Assembly: GCF_000497125.1 (NCBI RefSeq)
Contig: NC_090598.1
Location: 310,001 to 374,000 of the forward strand
DNA: 64,000 nucleotides
Direction of reading: 5' to 3'
DNA from: Spironucleus salmonicida
Taxonomy: Eukaryota
Under the pieces are notes generated by a model. It was not told the origin of the DNA. It searched no databases and saw only the letters and a list, made by a program, of their open reading frames with translations. This document shows, piece after piece, positions 26,112 to 41,614 of the stretch; the stretch's first letter is position 1, and each line of letters opens with the position of its first letter. Made by a program: the position numbers and the translations under genes.

Positions 26112-28337
26112 ATGAAGTTTTATTATTTGAAAATCAAATATTAATAGCTCACATAATCTAGTATTGAAGACTCATAAATGAATAAAAAATTTCGAATTAA
26201 GCCTAATTAATTTAAACGAGAGGATATTATTATATTTGACATTCCAGCATCAATTTAGCCATATCGTATACCTGGAACACACATAGGTATTCTTTCAGAT
26301 ATACCTCTTAATACGAATAAATAGCTTAATTCGGAACACTTAGATTCGTTAGAATCTGAAATTACATAAATTATTGAGTAAATAAAGTAATTAGCTCTCT
26401 AGTCAAAAACTGATGATTTCCAATTTGACATTGTATAAATTCCAGAATAATAATTATCACATAAGTAATAAATGTAATTACTTAATGAGCTTGTTTCACT
26501 CAGAAGCGTCATAAGAAAAAAAACAGGATTCTAAAACTAGTGGATTGAAATTTTATATGATGCATATAGAGCAGTAAATGTTTCAGGATTTGGTTATCAT
26601 AAGGATCATGATATAAGTTAGCACTCATTTAATTTATAAGAGCCAACACCTTAACACCTTTTAAATCATAGTATAAATTAAACTGATAATATCTAATCTA
26701 ATAATGGTAATAATTTCTAAAATGACAATCCAAACAGAAATTCTTCACTTCTTTAGGATATATCAATTAACTAAAATTTACTTTCGCATAATGAGTCTAT
26801 AAATAATTCTATAACAGAGATCCCAGCAAAATAGCCTCTAATTAACAGAGAAACATCACCTCCAAACTCCCCAGATAAAGTTAATCTTTCAGGTGTTAGG
26901 CCTCCTCGTGAATATATTCCTATTGAATCAAATCTACCTCGTTCTCCTAAAAAATATGAAGATCAGCACAAACTTACACTTTCATAATTCGCTTTAGAGT
27001 CATAAGCATTAAAACAAACTTTAAAAAATTCATAGATTCCTAAAACTGATTAGTCTGACCCTAAGTTTTCACATATAGCTTCCAAATATGACAAATATGT
27101 AACAGAATCGGAATAATCTCTTCAGAAATTGGCTTAAAATGATTATGAGAGTGCTTATCAATAACATAAAATTAGAGGAGAGATAGTTCATTTTGATAGA
27201 AACTTTGTTTAGATTAATAGAGAGGCTGTTATTGGCGCTAATGAATATTAAGGTGAAACTGGGGTTTAATCTAGGCTCGCAAAATCTCAAAACGAGGTTT
27301 AATACACACACAGTATTGATTAATCTTAGCTTTAACAGCGAATATTAGCCCAGAAATTAGCTTAAAAAGCCATGAATGGAGATTATTAAGCATTGAAGCA
27401 GTTACGTGAATTAAGTGAATAAAAAGGTAATAATCCCAAAACTTACGAAGAAATTGTTAGAGGTGTTAATTAATAAATGGAAGATGAAGGCGTGACTAGC
27501 GACTAAATGGATTATATGAAGTACATTAGTTAATAAGAAGAACAAAAATACTATGATGATGTTATGGAACTGGATGAAGAAACGAGGAAGTAAATTGTTG
27601 ACTTACTTGTTGAGAGAATTGTTATTGAAAATCCTAGGTATTTTGATAGTTAGGTGGGTTCCAGTGGCGCAGGAATGGCGGATACAGCCCCTGAGGTTAG
27701 TACAAGTATAACAACTAGACCAAGAACTGCTAGAAAGAGTGGAAGTATGAGAAACAGTAGGTAGTATTAAGAATAAGAACTAGATGATTTTTCTAATTAC
27801 GAAACTGTAGGGTCTTAAGTTAAATTGGCTGAATTGGAAGATGCCTAAGATACATAAAGCCAGTCATTAAAAGGTTAAGAAGAGTAATTATCTAATAGTT
27901 AAAGCTAATCTGTAGATTTGTAGAAGGATAAAATTAAAGCACCTAAACCACAATCCAAGGTTTTAAAAAGGACGATTACTAAGAAGGAGAAAGATCCACC
28001 TATACCAATTCCTTAGACTTCTTACATATCTTTTGACGAATCAGGTATGAGATCAATGTCAACCACGATCAATGGTAAATAATTGATATTGCCATCTATT
28101 ACAAAGGAATTTAAAGATCCCTTAATCAAAGAAAGAGATGAATTTTTATAGACTCAAATTGATGATGCAAATGTTGGGGAAGTACTATCTGTAAATAAAG
28201 CTGAGAAAACATATATGAGAGATTTCTGTTCTATAACCGATAGCATATTCTAGGAATTATTTGGCGAAGAGCTTAGTAAGTAGTTAAATGAGGCCGGTAT
28301 GTTATTAGCTAAAGAAGCAGGAATAAGTGTGCAGTGA
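26112..28337 (+). CDS. Hypothetical low-complexity protein, 741 aa
   Basis: Long open table-6 frame ending CAG TGA. Confidence 0.85.
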
Positions 28338-28358
28338 TTTAATTATTCACTTTGAATA

Positions 28359-28916
28359 TCACTTTATATTTTAAAATAGATCGTTAATTTAATATTTATC
28401 TAAATTACATTGTTTTTGCTATATTTGTTATATTTTTCTCTTGAGTAAAAGCTTTGATTATATTTTTTCAAATTGCACATCTTCTGAAAATATTTCCGAA
28501 TATTTTAATGTCACATCGTCAAACTTTGCAGATAGATTAAGGAAATTATTATCTTCTTGCTTGATCTCATTAATTAAATCAATTTTCTCCCCTTTCTTAA
28601 TACAAGACTCCAATATAATTTTAACTATCATATCTTTAAAATAATTAATATCTTAAAGATTTTCATGGGATGAAAATTTATTCAAAAATTCAGCATAATA
28701 ATATGCCTTTGAACAAATCGTAGCTAATTAACCATTTACTAACTTAGTTTTATTATTCACTATCTAACCATCTACTAGCATGGTAATATCAGATGCTGTA
28801 TTAACTGTCAATCTTTATATTACATCACCAACAGTTTCACACCCTAAAAATGGAAGCTCTAGCTTATTAATTCTTTTCACAACAGTTCTTATTTAATCTG
28901 AACATTCAAATGTCAT
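28359..28916 (-). CDS. Hypothetical protein, possibly ubiquitin-like plus BAG-like, 185 aa
   Basis: ETVGDVIQRL...MLVDGQIV (Ubl-like); ILESCIKKGEKIDLI (weak BAG-like); ends AAG TGA. Confidence 0.6.
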
Positions 28917-28980
28917 TATAATGAGATTCAATATTATATATAAATAATACTAATATAAATTTTTTTACAATACTAACGAA

Positions 28981-29880
28981 ATGTCATACAATGCTAAAAA
29001 ACTAATTGCAAAAGCAACATCGAATATTACTAGGGATGTCATGAAATTCCAAAAATTAGCTATGGAAAAATATTAAATTAAAGCCCCACCTAAACCAACA
29101 TTTACGAAACTCGAATAAATAAAAGAAATCGAGACTAAACGCCAATTATAGTCTGTCCTAAATATCCAGATAAAATCATATCCTGCAGATATTCTTTGGC
29201 GTCAGTTAGAGCGAAAAGCTATTATCAGGTAGGAGAATACTTGCATTATCTGCTTTGACGTTTTGGGTAGATCAGATGTACTTATCGCTTCCTGTGGTCA
29301 TTTTTACCATAAAAAATGTATCGAAGCGACAAAAACTAGAGTATGTCCATGTTGTAAGTAAGAAGTCTACTTTTAGATATCGGAGACTTTGTAGAAATTC
29401 TCGGTAAAACTATGCACAGTTTATATTCAAAAATCAATTCGCGCATTTTTAGGGCGAAAAAAGAGGAATGCTCGTAAAATTATCAAAAGTGGTGTGTTTG
29501 CAGCCAGTGTAAACGAAGTTATTAACGCTTCAGAGCGACTAACAAGCGAGATTCATTCACAGCTAGAAATAGAGTATTTACGTGCCAAGAATGATGCTGA
29601 TGAGACAGATCGACTATTTGAAGAAATAATGAAAATGAGAAGTGTAAAAGGTTATGAGGTGCTCGAAAAGGCTAGGAATAGAAAAAATTACCTATGTGCA
29701 GTATGTTTAGATGAAGTTGATGTAAAATTAATTAAAATTGATGAAGAAGGTTAGTTTGCGTTGTCAAGTTGTTGCGGCAGTTTATACCATTGGGACTGCA
29801 TTTGTGCGGCAGAAAAAGAGAAAGAAACTTGTCCATACTGCAGAGGTGGATTTTATAAGGTTAGAATTAGCATTTTCTGA
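28981..29880 (+). CDS. RNF32-like protein: two RING-H2 fingers with a central IQ motif, 299 aa
   Basis: CIIC..ASCGHFYHKKC..CPCC; IQKSIRAFLGRKK; CAVC..YHWDC..CPYC. Confidence 0.85.
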
Positions 29881-30362
29881 TGCATTTCGTGTCTTTTGAC
29901 CATTTTCATAGTAGGTAAACCTTAAACTGTATGTAGAATTAGAATATTATTCCAAATTCTAATTATTAATTAGAATAATATTTGTCATAGATATTTAAAT
30001 TAATATTTAATGAATACGTAAACAATTCATAATAATGGCTAGATTTTTACAGGTTCTCATTATTTATTTAATTAGATAGTACTTTTATTGTAAGCTTCTT
30101 TTAATCTTTATGATCATTATATAAACAATGTTAATATAAATAAATCCGCGTATTTCTCTATAATTGACCATATCAATAGATTAATTAATTAACAACCAAA
30201 AACTATAATTATTCGATATTTTTGAATTATAAGTTGGTGCATATAACATAGTAAACTATTAATATACTTAGATATATAATTTAAAATAAAATAAAACATT
30301 TAAAAATGATATTAATATATTATAGAATGTGATGTTAAATTAATTATTAAAAAAGTATTCGC

Positions 30363-31223
30363 TCATGGGGTTATTAAATAACATTAATCTTCTATACCAC
30401 ATTCATTTTATCCCCTCAATATTCTAAAAAATCCATTTTCTCCAAAATCTTTACCCCATGAGTTCTTAATTATCCAATAGGGCACATCGTTCTCTTCTCC
30501 ATAACCTACTATCATCACTGCATGTCCACCTTCTTCATTGCCAGAAACATGTTGATAAATTCCACTGTCGTAATACATAAAATCAGAATAAACAGTAAAA
30601 GCAGTTTAAACAATACCTTTTCTAACGGCAGTTTTCATACGTTCTGAACCACTACAAATATTTTAAGTTTTTTTTGCTTTAATAAACTGGAGTTCAGTTT
30701 TATCCGAACATTTTTTAGGACACCTACCCTATTTCTCTGATTCTCCTGAAGTATATGGTACGCATGTATCTTTGACTGTTCCTGTACTGATTAGATAATA
30801 TTAAACTACTTTTGAGTATCCACCAAAACATCCATCGTCAATAGGGTCACAAGATACTACATACTATTCAGAAAGTTAAACACGGTTCTAGTCAATTTTT
30901 TTAATACATCTATTATCAGCAAGTTAGTTTACAGCTGAGAAAGCCCAGCAAGATCCACACCCTCCTTAGTCACGCACTGTATCAGGCCCTGAACACTAAG
31001 GCATTTCCGTCGCCCAGTTCCAGGTTTCTGGTGTCTCTCCTGTTAATAATACAGTTGGAGAAGGGATTTAATTGATATTTTAATTGAAAAGAGATTTTAC
31101 TTATAGAGAAGACATTCCTTGGAAGCGTTTAGGAATAGCAGCTTACCATTTTTTCTAAGGTATGCGATTTAATGATTCAAGAAATTCTTACTTATGATAG
31201 AGATTAGCTAACAGCATAAACAT
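30363..31223 (-). CDS. Cathepsin B-like cysteine protease (C1A), paralog 1, 286 aa
   Basis: RD-Q(TAA)-GGCGSCWAF, [13 protein letters not shown]; short hydrophobic N-terminus. Confidence 0.95.
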
Positions 31224-32840
31224 TATAGTGAAGTGGCTTTTTAGACAATTTAAGTTTCCAGTAAATATTAAGTCTTTAATAAATATAATAAGGTACCTCC
31301 ATTCATAAAATTATATTACATACATTTATATAATTATCATTAAAAATAACGTATAATCATTATTTTGTCGTAGTAACTGCTAATGATATTTTTTAATATA
31401 TATTATCATTTAAGAAATTCATTTATAATATTCCATTAAACATAAATTGAAATCTTTATAGTATTGATGCATTTATTTGTACTTATCAAATTTGGAAAAC
31501 GTAATTACATATATTATTATTTAAATAAATATGTTTTTAAATGAAAATAAGTATAAATAATATAAAACTATAGATTTTATGTTTAACTTATTGTTAAAAT
31601 TAATAATAAGATAACATATATGTTATTTTAGATTATTGTAATTTTAATTGCTTAGTTGTATGCTTAGTTAACAAATACGGTTATAGATTATTTTACTTCA
31701 ATAATTACTCTATTATTTCTATAAAAAATTATAGGCTATTTACTAGCAAGATTTAATCATTATTAATATATAATACATTATTCATGGATTTTATTTTTCT
31801 ACAATACTTCTCATTTTATGCTTATGATATCGCTAAATATATATTTAAATTTGTTTAACAGTACATAAACTAATAGAATGATAGTTAAATTTATAACTTA
31901 CTCAATATAGGATATATTCATTTATTTTTAACGGTTAATTTAATTTCGGTTACTAAGTTTTCGAATTTTGTATTAAAATAAACTTAAAAAATAAAATCCC
32001 TATATTTATATAAATTAACATTTATATCCTTATTTTGAGGTTATATAGCAAGATCTGGACTTAATCTATTTTGTTAATAATTTTTTAATTGTAATTGTCC
32101 TTATTTTTGATATAAGTTTAAAACTAATCAACTGAATACATATTATGCAAGCACAAAACTAGAAGATATAGTCTTATATAATATGTAAGATATTGATTTT
32201 TTATGAAAGTTCTGCTGAGACTTCTTATGAGTTCTATATAGTATTTATCAATATATGCATTAAATATATTCAAAAACATGAAATTAATGTAGTTAATTAC
32301 GCAATTTTATACGCGATAATAATTATCAACTTCGTAAGACTTACTATGAATATTGCATGCATCTCTAAAAATAGATAAAATTATAATATAAATGTTAATG
32401 GAATATTCTTAAAATATGTTATTGAACATAGATTTTAAAATCATTAACTTATCTAAATTTTCTCTAGTAAATAATTAAGTTTACAAAATTAGCAATGGGG
32501 TTTAAACTAATATAATCTGGATTTCAATAAAAATATAAACTGCTTACTACTATAAGGTGTAGTATCTTAAATTATTCTAACTAAACTAATGCTAAGTATC
32601 CTATTGACTAATAAAATATAAAATTTTCCCTTAAATAGTCAATATAAAACGCACGCATATTGTTATAGGTAAATAATATATAGAATTAGTCTAAAATCGC
32701 CAATTAATCTAAAATAAAATGCAAACATTCTTCTAATTTAATTATTTGATCAAATCAAGTAATCATTTTTAACCTTTATTCTACCAAATATTACCGTATT
32801 ATTATACGTTATATTTAATAAATAATTATGAGAATCAAAA

Positions 32841-33449
32841 ATGCTTCTAGCGACTTCCTTTATTTTTTCAAACACCTACGCCACATTAGACTTTCTAAAA
32901 CAGGAAATCGACCCACTAGTCTTTCCTTCGTCGTTTTTTCTGCAAACACACGCTCCGCATTATACGATTTCTCGCCCACAAGGCCCGGCATGCCACCCTG
33001 ATTCGTACTCTGACGAGCAAATTGACGCCCTCACGCCGCCTGAAAAAGCTGCTCGCATACGCCACAATTTCATCTATGACAGCACCGGAACGCGCAAGTA
33101 TCCGGTTTAAGACAACCATTTCAAGTACCAGCTAAAAGACATGAAAACAGATTCTAAATACAAAAAGTTCCGTGGAAGCTGCTTTATCACTTTAATTGCA
33201 GATGATTTTTTTCACGTGAACCATCTCGTTGTGAAAATGGAATTTCTGCCTCTCCTTGCGCCTGCAAAAGCGGCAGATTTGGAGGTCGAATTGCTCGTAA
33301 ATTTGATGAATCCGAGCTACGATTTTGCTGCTGAAAAAGGAATTTTTGAAGGGCGCGAAATGGCGTGCACGAAATGGTAGAAAATTGCGGGGAAAGGTGC
33401 AGAGTTTCTATGGGAAATTGATGAGGAAGGGTGGGTGACCGAAGATTGA
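32841..33449 (+). CDS. Hypothetical protein, possibly secreted, 202 aa
   Basis: Track ORFs 32841..33110 and 33141..33380 join through TAA/TAG into one frame ending TGA 33447. Confidence 0.8.
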
Positions 33450-33640
33450 GAATTGTATTTAAAATTGTATAATAATATATAAAATTTTCGATAATTGGAA
33501 GGGACAAATTAAGATATATTAAATATTACAATATGAAATTCAATATATATATATTTAAATAATTGTAAAAATAAAAATACTATTATTGCTTATTTTAGTA
33601 TGGTAATTGTTTCTTTTTTGCGTTCAATTTAGTTTATAAA

Positions 33641-35767
33641 ATGGAGAGTTAAGGTGTATTTTTGAATGACAATAATAAGGTGGTAGATGACCTTAACATA
33701 CGCGATTTAGATCTAATTAATACTTTAATAAACACTTAGGTAGTTATGCAATAAGGATCTAATTCGATCCGCCAAGACTGTGAGAAGTCCATGTCCGTTG
33801 TCGACAAGGTAGCTTCTATCCGCCAAGACTGTGAGAAGTCCATGTCCGTTGTCGACAAGGTAGCTTCTATCCGCTAAGACTGTGAGAAGTCCATGTCCGT
33901 TGTCGACAAGGTAGCTTCTATCCGCTAAGACTGTGAGAAGTCCATGTCCGTTGTCGACAAGGTAGCTTCTATCCGCCAAGACTGTGAGAAGTCCATGTCC
34001 GTTGTCGACAAGGTAGCTTCTATCCGCCAAGACTGTGAGAAGTCCATGTCCGTTGTCGACAAGGTAGCTTCTATCCGCCAAGACTGTGAGAAGTCCATGT
34101 CCGTTGTCGACAAGGTAGCTTCTATCCGCTAAGACTGTGAGAAGTCCATGTCCGTTGTCGACAAGGTAGCTTCTATCCGCCAAGACTGTGAGAAGTCCAT
34201 GTCCGTTGTCGACAAGGTAGCTTCTATCCGCTAAGACTGTGAGAAGTCCATGTCCGTTGTCGACAAGGTAGCTTCTATCCGCCAAGACTGTGAGAAGTCC
34301 ATGTCCGTTGTCGACAAGGTAGCTTCTATCCGCTAAGACTGTGAGAAGTCCATGTCCGCTGTCGACAAGGTAGCTTCTGTTCACGCTTCTATCCGCTAAG
34401 ACTGTGAGAAGTCCATGTCCGTTGTCGACAAGGTAGCTTCTATCCGCCAAGACTGTGAGAAGTCCATGTCCGTTGTCGACAAGGTAGCTTCTATCCGCTA
34501 AGACTGTGAGAAGTCCATGTCCGTTGTCGACAAGGTAGCTTCTATCCGCTAAGACTGTGAGAAGTCCATGTCCGTTGTCGACAAGGTAGCTTCTATCCGC
34601 CAAGACTGTGAGAAGTCCATGTCCGTTGTCGACAAGGTAGCTTCTATCCGCTAAGACTGTGAGAAGTCCATGTCCGTTGTCGACAAGGTAGCTTCTATCC
34701 GCCAAGACTGTGAGAAGTCCATGTCCGTTGTCGACAAGGTAGCTTCTATCCGCTAAGACTGTGAGAAGTCCATGTCCGTTGTCGACAAGGTAGCTTCTAT
34801 CCGCTAAGACTGTGAGAAGTCCATGTCCGCTGTCGACAAGGTAGCTTCTGTTCACGCTTCTATCCGCTAAGACTGTGAGAAGTCCATGTCCGTTGTCGAC
34901 AAGGTAGCTTCTATCCGCTAAGACTGTGAGAAGTCCATGTCCGCTGTCGACAAGGTAGCTTCTGTTCACGCTTCTATCCGCTAAGACTGTGAGAAGTCCA
35001 TGTCCGTTGTCGACAAGGTAGCTTCTGTTCACGCTTCTATCCGCTAAGACTGTGAGAAGTCCATGTCCGTTGTCGACAAGGTAGCTTCTGTTCACGCTTC
35101 TATCCGCTAAGACTGTGAGAAGTCCATGTCCGTTGTCGACAAGGTAGCTTCTATCCGCTAAGACTGTGAGAAGTCCATGTCCGTTGTCGACAAGGTAGCT
35201 TCTGTTCATTAGGAGGCCGAGAAGTCTGTGCAATAAATTTCATTTTTCATGCAAACGGCCGAAGAATTATAATCTAGATCGCTATAAACATCTAATTTAC
35301 ACTGTTCTGTTAAATAAACTGAAGTTACTCCATAAGATTCATTTTAAACATGTTCTATAATAACAAATGATATCAGTCAGATGTGTGCACCTTAGCTTCC
35401 TTGCTATATATCATAACCTTAATAAACATCATAATGTGCTATTACAGATTTTTAGTGCCAGTGTGACTGTACTTCCATAGAAAATGATTATGAGAATATG
35501 AACGAAAGTTTTTGCGTATAAGTTTGCCCTGAATAAAAAATGGTTTTCTCTAATTAACTTGTTTTAGATATACAGCCTAATTTATAGGATTATTTATATA
35601 ATAATGCTTAATCTACCTCAGCAATAGATTTTGCAATTTAAACAGATAATGTTATTGTCATTATCCCTCCTAATAGAGCTAAATTTTTAGCTTCTAGTAG
35701 TGTTTGTGGTTTTCTAGGTGTTGTCGCTACAGGAATAAGTGGTATTGCGGGCTGGATGATGAAGTGA
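33641..35767 (+). CDS. Tandem-repeat protein (27 x IRQDCEKSMSVVDKVAS) with Cys-rich region and hydrophobic C-terminal tail, 708 aa
   Basis: One frame from ATG 33641 through the array to AAG TGA; tail FLASSSVCGFLGVVATGISGIAGWMMK. Confidence 0.85.
33767..35203 (+). repeat. Coding minisatellite, 27 x 51 bp, five units with a 12-bp insert (GTTCACGCTTCT)
   Basis: Unit ATCCGC(C/T)AAGACTGTGAGAAGTCCATGTCCG(T/C)TGTCGACAAGGTAGCTTCT; 27x51+5x12=1437 bp. Confidence 0.97.
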
Positions 35768-35796
35768 TTTTGTACTAGATTATCATATCTATATTT

Positions 35797-36834
35797 TCAA
35801 ATTAAACTTTCCTATGTTAAAATAATTTTACCCACTACAATAATATCATCAATAATTAAACAATCAAAAGTAAGCTTTTTAAATTATTTTTAAAATAATA
35901 ACTCTACGGGTTTAATTTATAATGCACCAAAAATATCAAAATCAATATCTCCTTCTTTCACAAATAGCTTGCCTAAAAATCTAAAAATAAATGAAGATAA
36001 CACAACATGTGGAATTAGTATAACTACCTATTAATTAAAAGCTATTTATGGACCTAGAATCTATGTAATATTCTAAATAAGTCCTAAATAACCATATTTA
36101 ACTCTTGGTAATGTGCAAGCAAAAATATTTTTTTTCACACAAACAATACAATTTTCAATATAAAAATCTCCTACTAAACGCATAGTTTACGGGCCAAAGT
36201 CAATATTTTAACTTTATACAACTGGAAATTGTAATTATGGTGGCTCACCTATTGGTAAAGCTTAAATAGGATGTTAATAGTTAGACTAAGCAAATTTTAA
36301 ACAATTATTAACTAATGTTGCGTTAAAATTACATAATTTTGCTAAAATAAGAGCTGTTTATGGTGTAACAAACTATATTTATTAAGGTTCGTTCAAAAAT
36401 GTAAGCTAATCAGAATTTACCATTTTCAGGGCAAAAGCCTTTTTCTATATTATATTTTAAGCATTTTAAAGAGTAATATCAAGTGTAAGGTTGAAAGGTG
36501 TTTATAGTGTTACTTAATATGTTTAATTTGGAATAAGTTAAGCTTAAATAATTGTACCTAGAAAATTTTCAGCTGTGAAATCGCGACAGTTTAATTTAAA
36601 ATAAACAGCTATATCATTCTCAGTTAAATTTTACTTAATAAAGGTATATTTCGATTTTTTGTTTAAAAAATAAGATGTTTTCTAAAGGGTAGCTTCATCT
36701 AATGATATAGCTGTATTTTCTAGTTTGAAATAACCTTTAATCCCAAAAATTTTATCTTAAAACACAGCTTTAACCTATTGAAAATCATTATTTGTTTAAT
36801 AATTAAATGAAACAATTTTAAATACTCCTATCAT
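35797..36834 (-). CDS. Hypothetical protein, 345 aa
   Basis: MIGVFKIVSFNY... in frame with TGA at 35797; divergent from MCM4 across a 59-bp AT-rich spacer. Confidence 0.7.
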
Positions 36835-36893
36835 TTTCAGATAATTATATATGGATATAATATTTATATATATATTATTTCTACAAAATTTAA

Positions 36894-39173
<2,280 letters not shown>

Positions 39174-39190
39174 AGCCCCAGTACTATCAT

Positions 39191-39610
39191 TCATTTTAGC
39201 TCAACTGTCAGCGGAATGCATACATAGTTCTTGTTATACCTGCATATGTGCTTGAAGTCCAGCATGAAAACTCCATAATTATCATTGTCCACATTCTAGA
39301 AGAAGTGCCTGAATGCTATCGGGTGCTTCTTGAACAGTTCCTCGTAAACATCAGCATAGTCTTACCTACTTAATTTTTGAACCTCTGCATTTATTCTGTA
39401 CATATTCTTCACCCTCCACAGGCTGCCGTAGTTGGCTGTAATATTTTAGTTAATATCTAACGCATCCCATTTGTTTGAATCGACACCGGTTGCCATAACA
39501 TAAGCATTTGCAGTAGCCGAGTAAAAAAGTGTCATCCACAAAACTCTAGGATATCCATTAGTTTCGTAAGAAAATAGTACCGGTGTGTTGTCTTTGAAGG
39601 GGAGCTCCAT
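39191..39610 (-). CDS. Pyridoxamine 5'-phosphate oxidase-like FMN-binding protein, copy B, 139 aa
   Basis: Duplicate of 2177..2596 with one V/A difference. Confidence 0.7.
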
Positions 39611-40424
39611 TTATAATTATACTTTGAAGATGGGAAATTGATATTACCATAAATCTAAAGGTTAGTAGTCGTTGAAAATCGAAAAATTTGAAATTATGGC
39701 ATTCGGAACAAAAATTTGTTATAACCTAGATAATGGATTTTTGTAGCGACCCATATAAATTGATTATTTAAACAATAAATTACATGGTTAGTTGCATAAC
39801 TTTGAAGGTTAAGACAATCTTTCAATATAAATAATAAAAAAGATATAACTACGCATGTAATAGCTATTGAGTATACCTGATCAGATTTTTGTAAATTTAC
39901 CTAGATTAAAATCTTTTAATTAATAATTTATAAAAATATAATGGTCATAAATTCATAAAATCTGTACTGATAAATTTTTAATATCATTAATATTACGCAA
40001 TATAAAAGTTAATAAATACTATTCAAGCTTTAATGGACTGTAGGATTGTACTTATTTAGTATATAAGTGTAATTTAGAAAATATAAGCCTTATATCAAGT
40101 AGTTTCGATTAAAATAATCAATTAACTAAAAAATAATCGATATCATTTTTACTATGAAGTAAATATAACTATAATAATTTTGAAAATATTCATTAATTAT
40201 TAGATTATTTATAATTATTGATAACAATTTTTACTTCAATAACTCGTTCAATAATATTATTAAATTCTATATTAGTGATATTCACTTTATACATATCTAT
40301 AGTCTTTAATTTTATTCAGCTTGGCTAGAAAAAGGAATTATATTTAATATTAAAAGGCCCAATACTATTGAGATTCAAGTTAAAATTTAATTTTTGATCT
40401 AAAATGTGTCAAAATATGATTCAT

Positions 40425-41285
<861 letters not shown>

Positions 41286-41614
41286 TTTAGGAAGTAGTTT
41301 CTAAAGACTAATAAAACTCAGAATACAATATTTTTATAAGGTTAAGACTTAATATTAAAAAATATAGATTATCTAAAAACGAGATAAGTATATAATTCAA
41401 TTAATAAATTTATTTAAAAACTTTTTTAATAACTCCTGGAAATATTTTAATTTTCAGGTTTATACTTGTAACTATTTTTAAATATTATAACATAATATAC
41501 CATTAATTTATTTTTGTAATCTTCCCTTTCAGAGATTGTTTGCTTATTCTTATTCCAGGCTGAAAACGACCTTATCTTACAACATCTTAACCAAAAACTG
41601 ACTGATAATTTCAC

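Noticed and set aside
33767-35203. CRISPR-like array
   Set aside because: Units are contiguous with no unique spacers, no cas genes are present, and the context is eukaryotic coding sequence.
33725-35233. 502-aa minus-strand track ORF (RSYLVDNGHGLLTVLAD repeats)
   Set aside because: Antisense shadow of the repeat. The + frame has a proper ATG, long unique flanks and an AGTGA stop.
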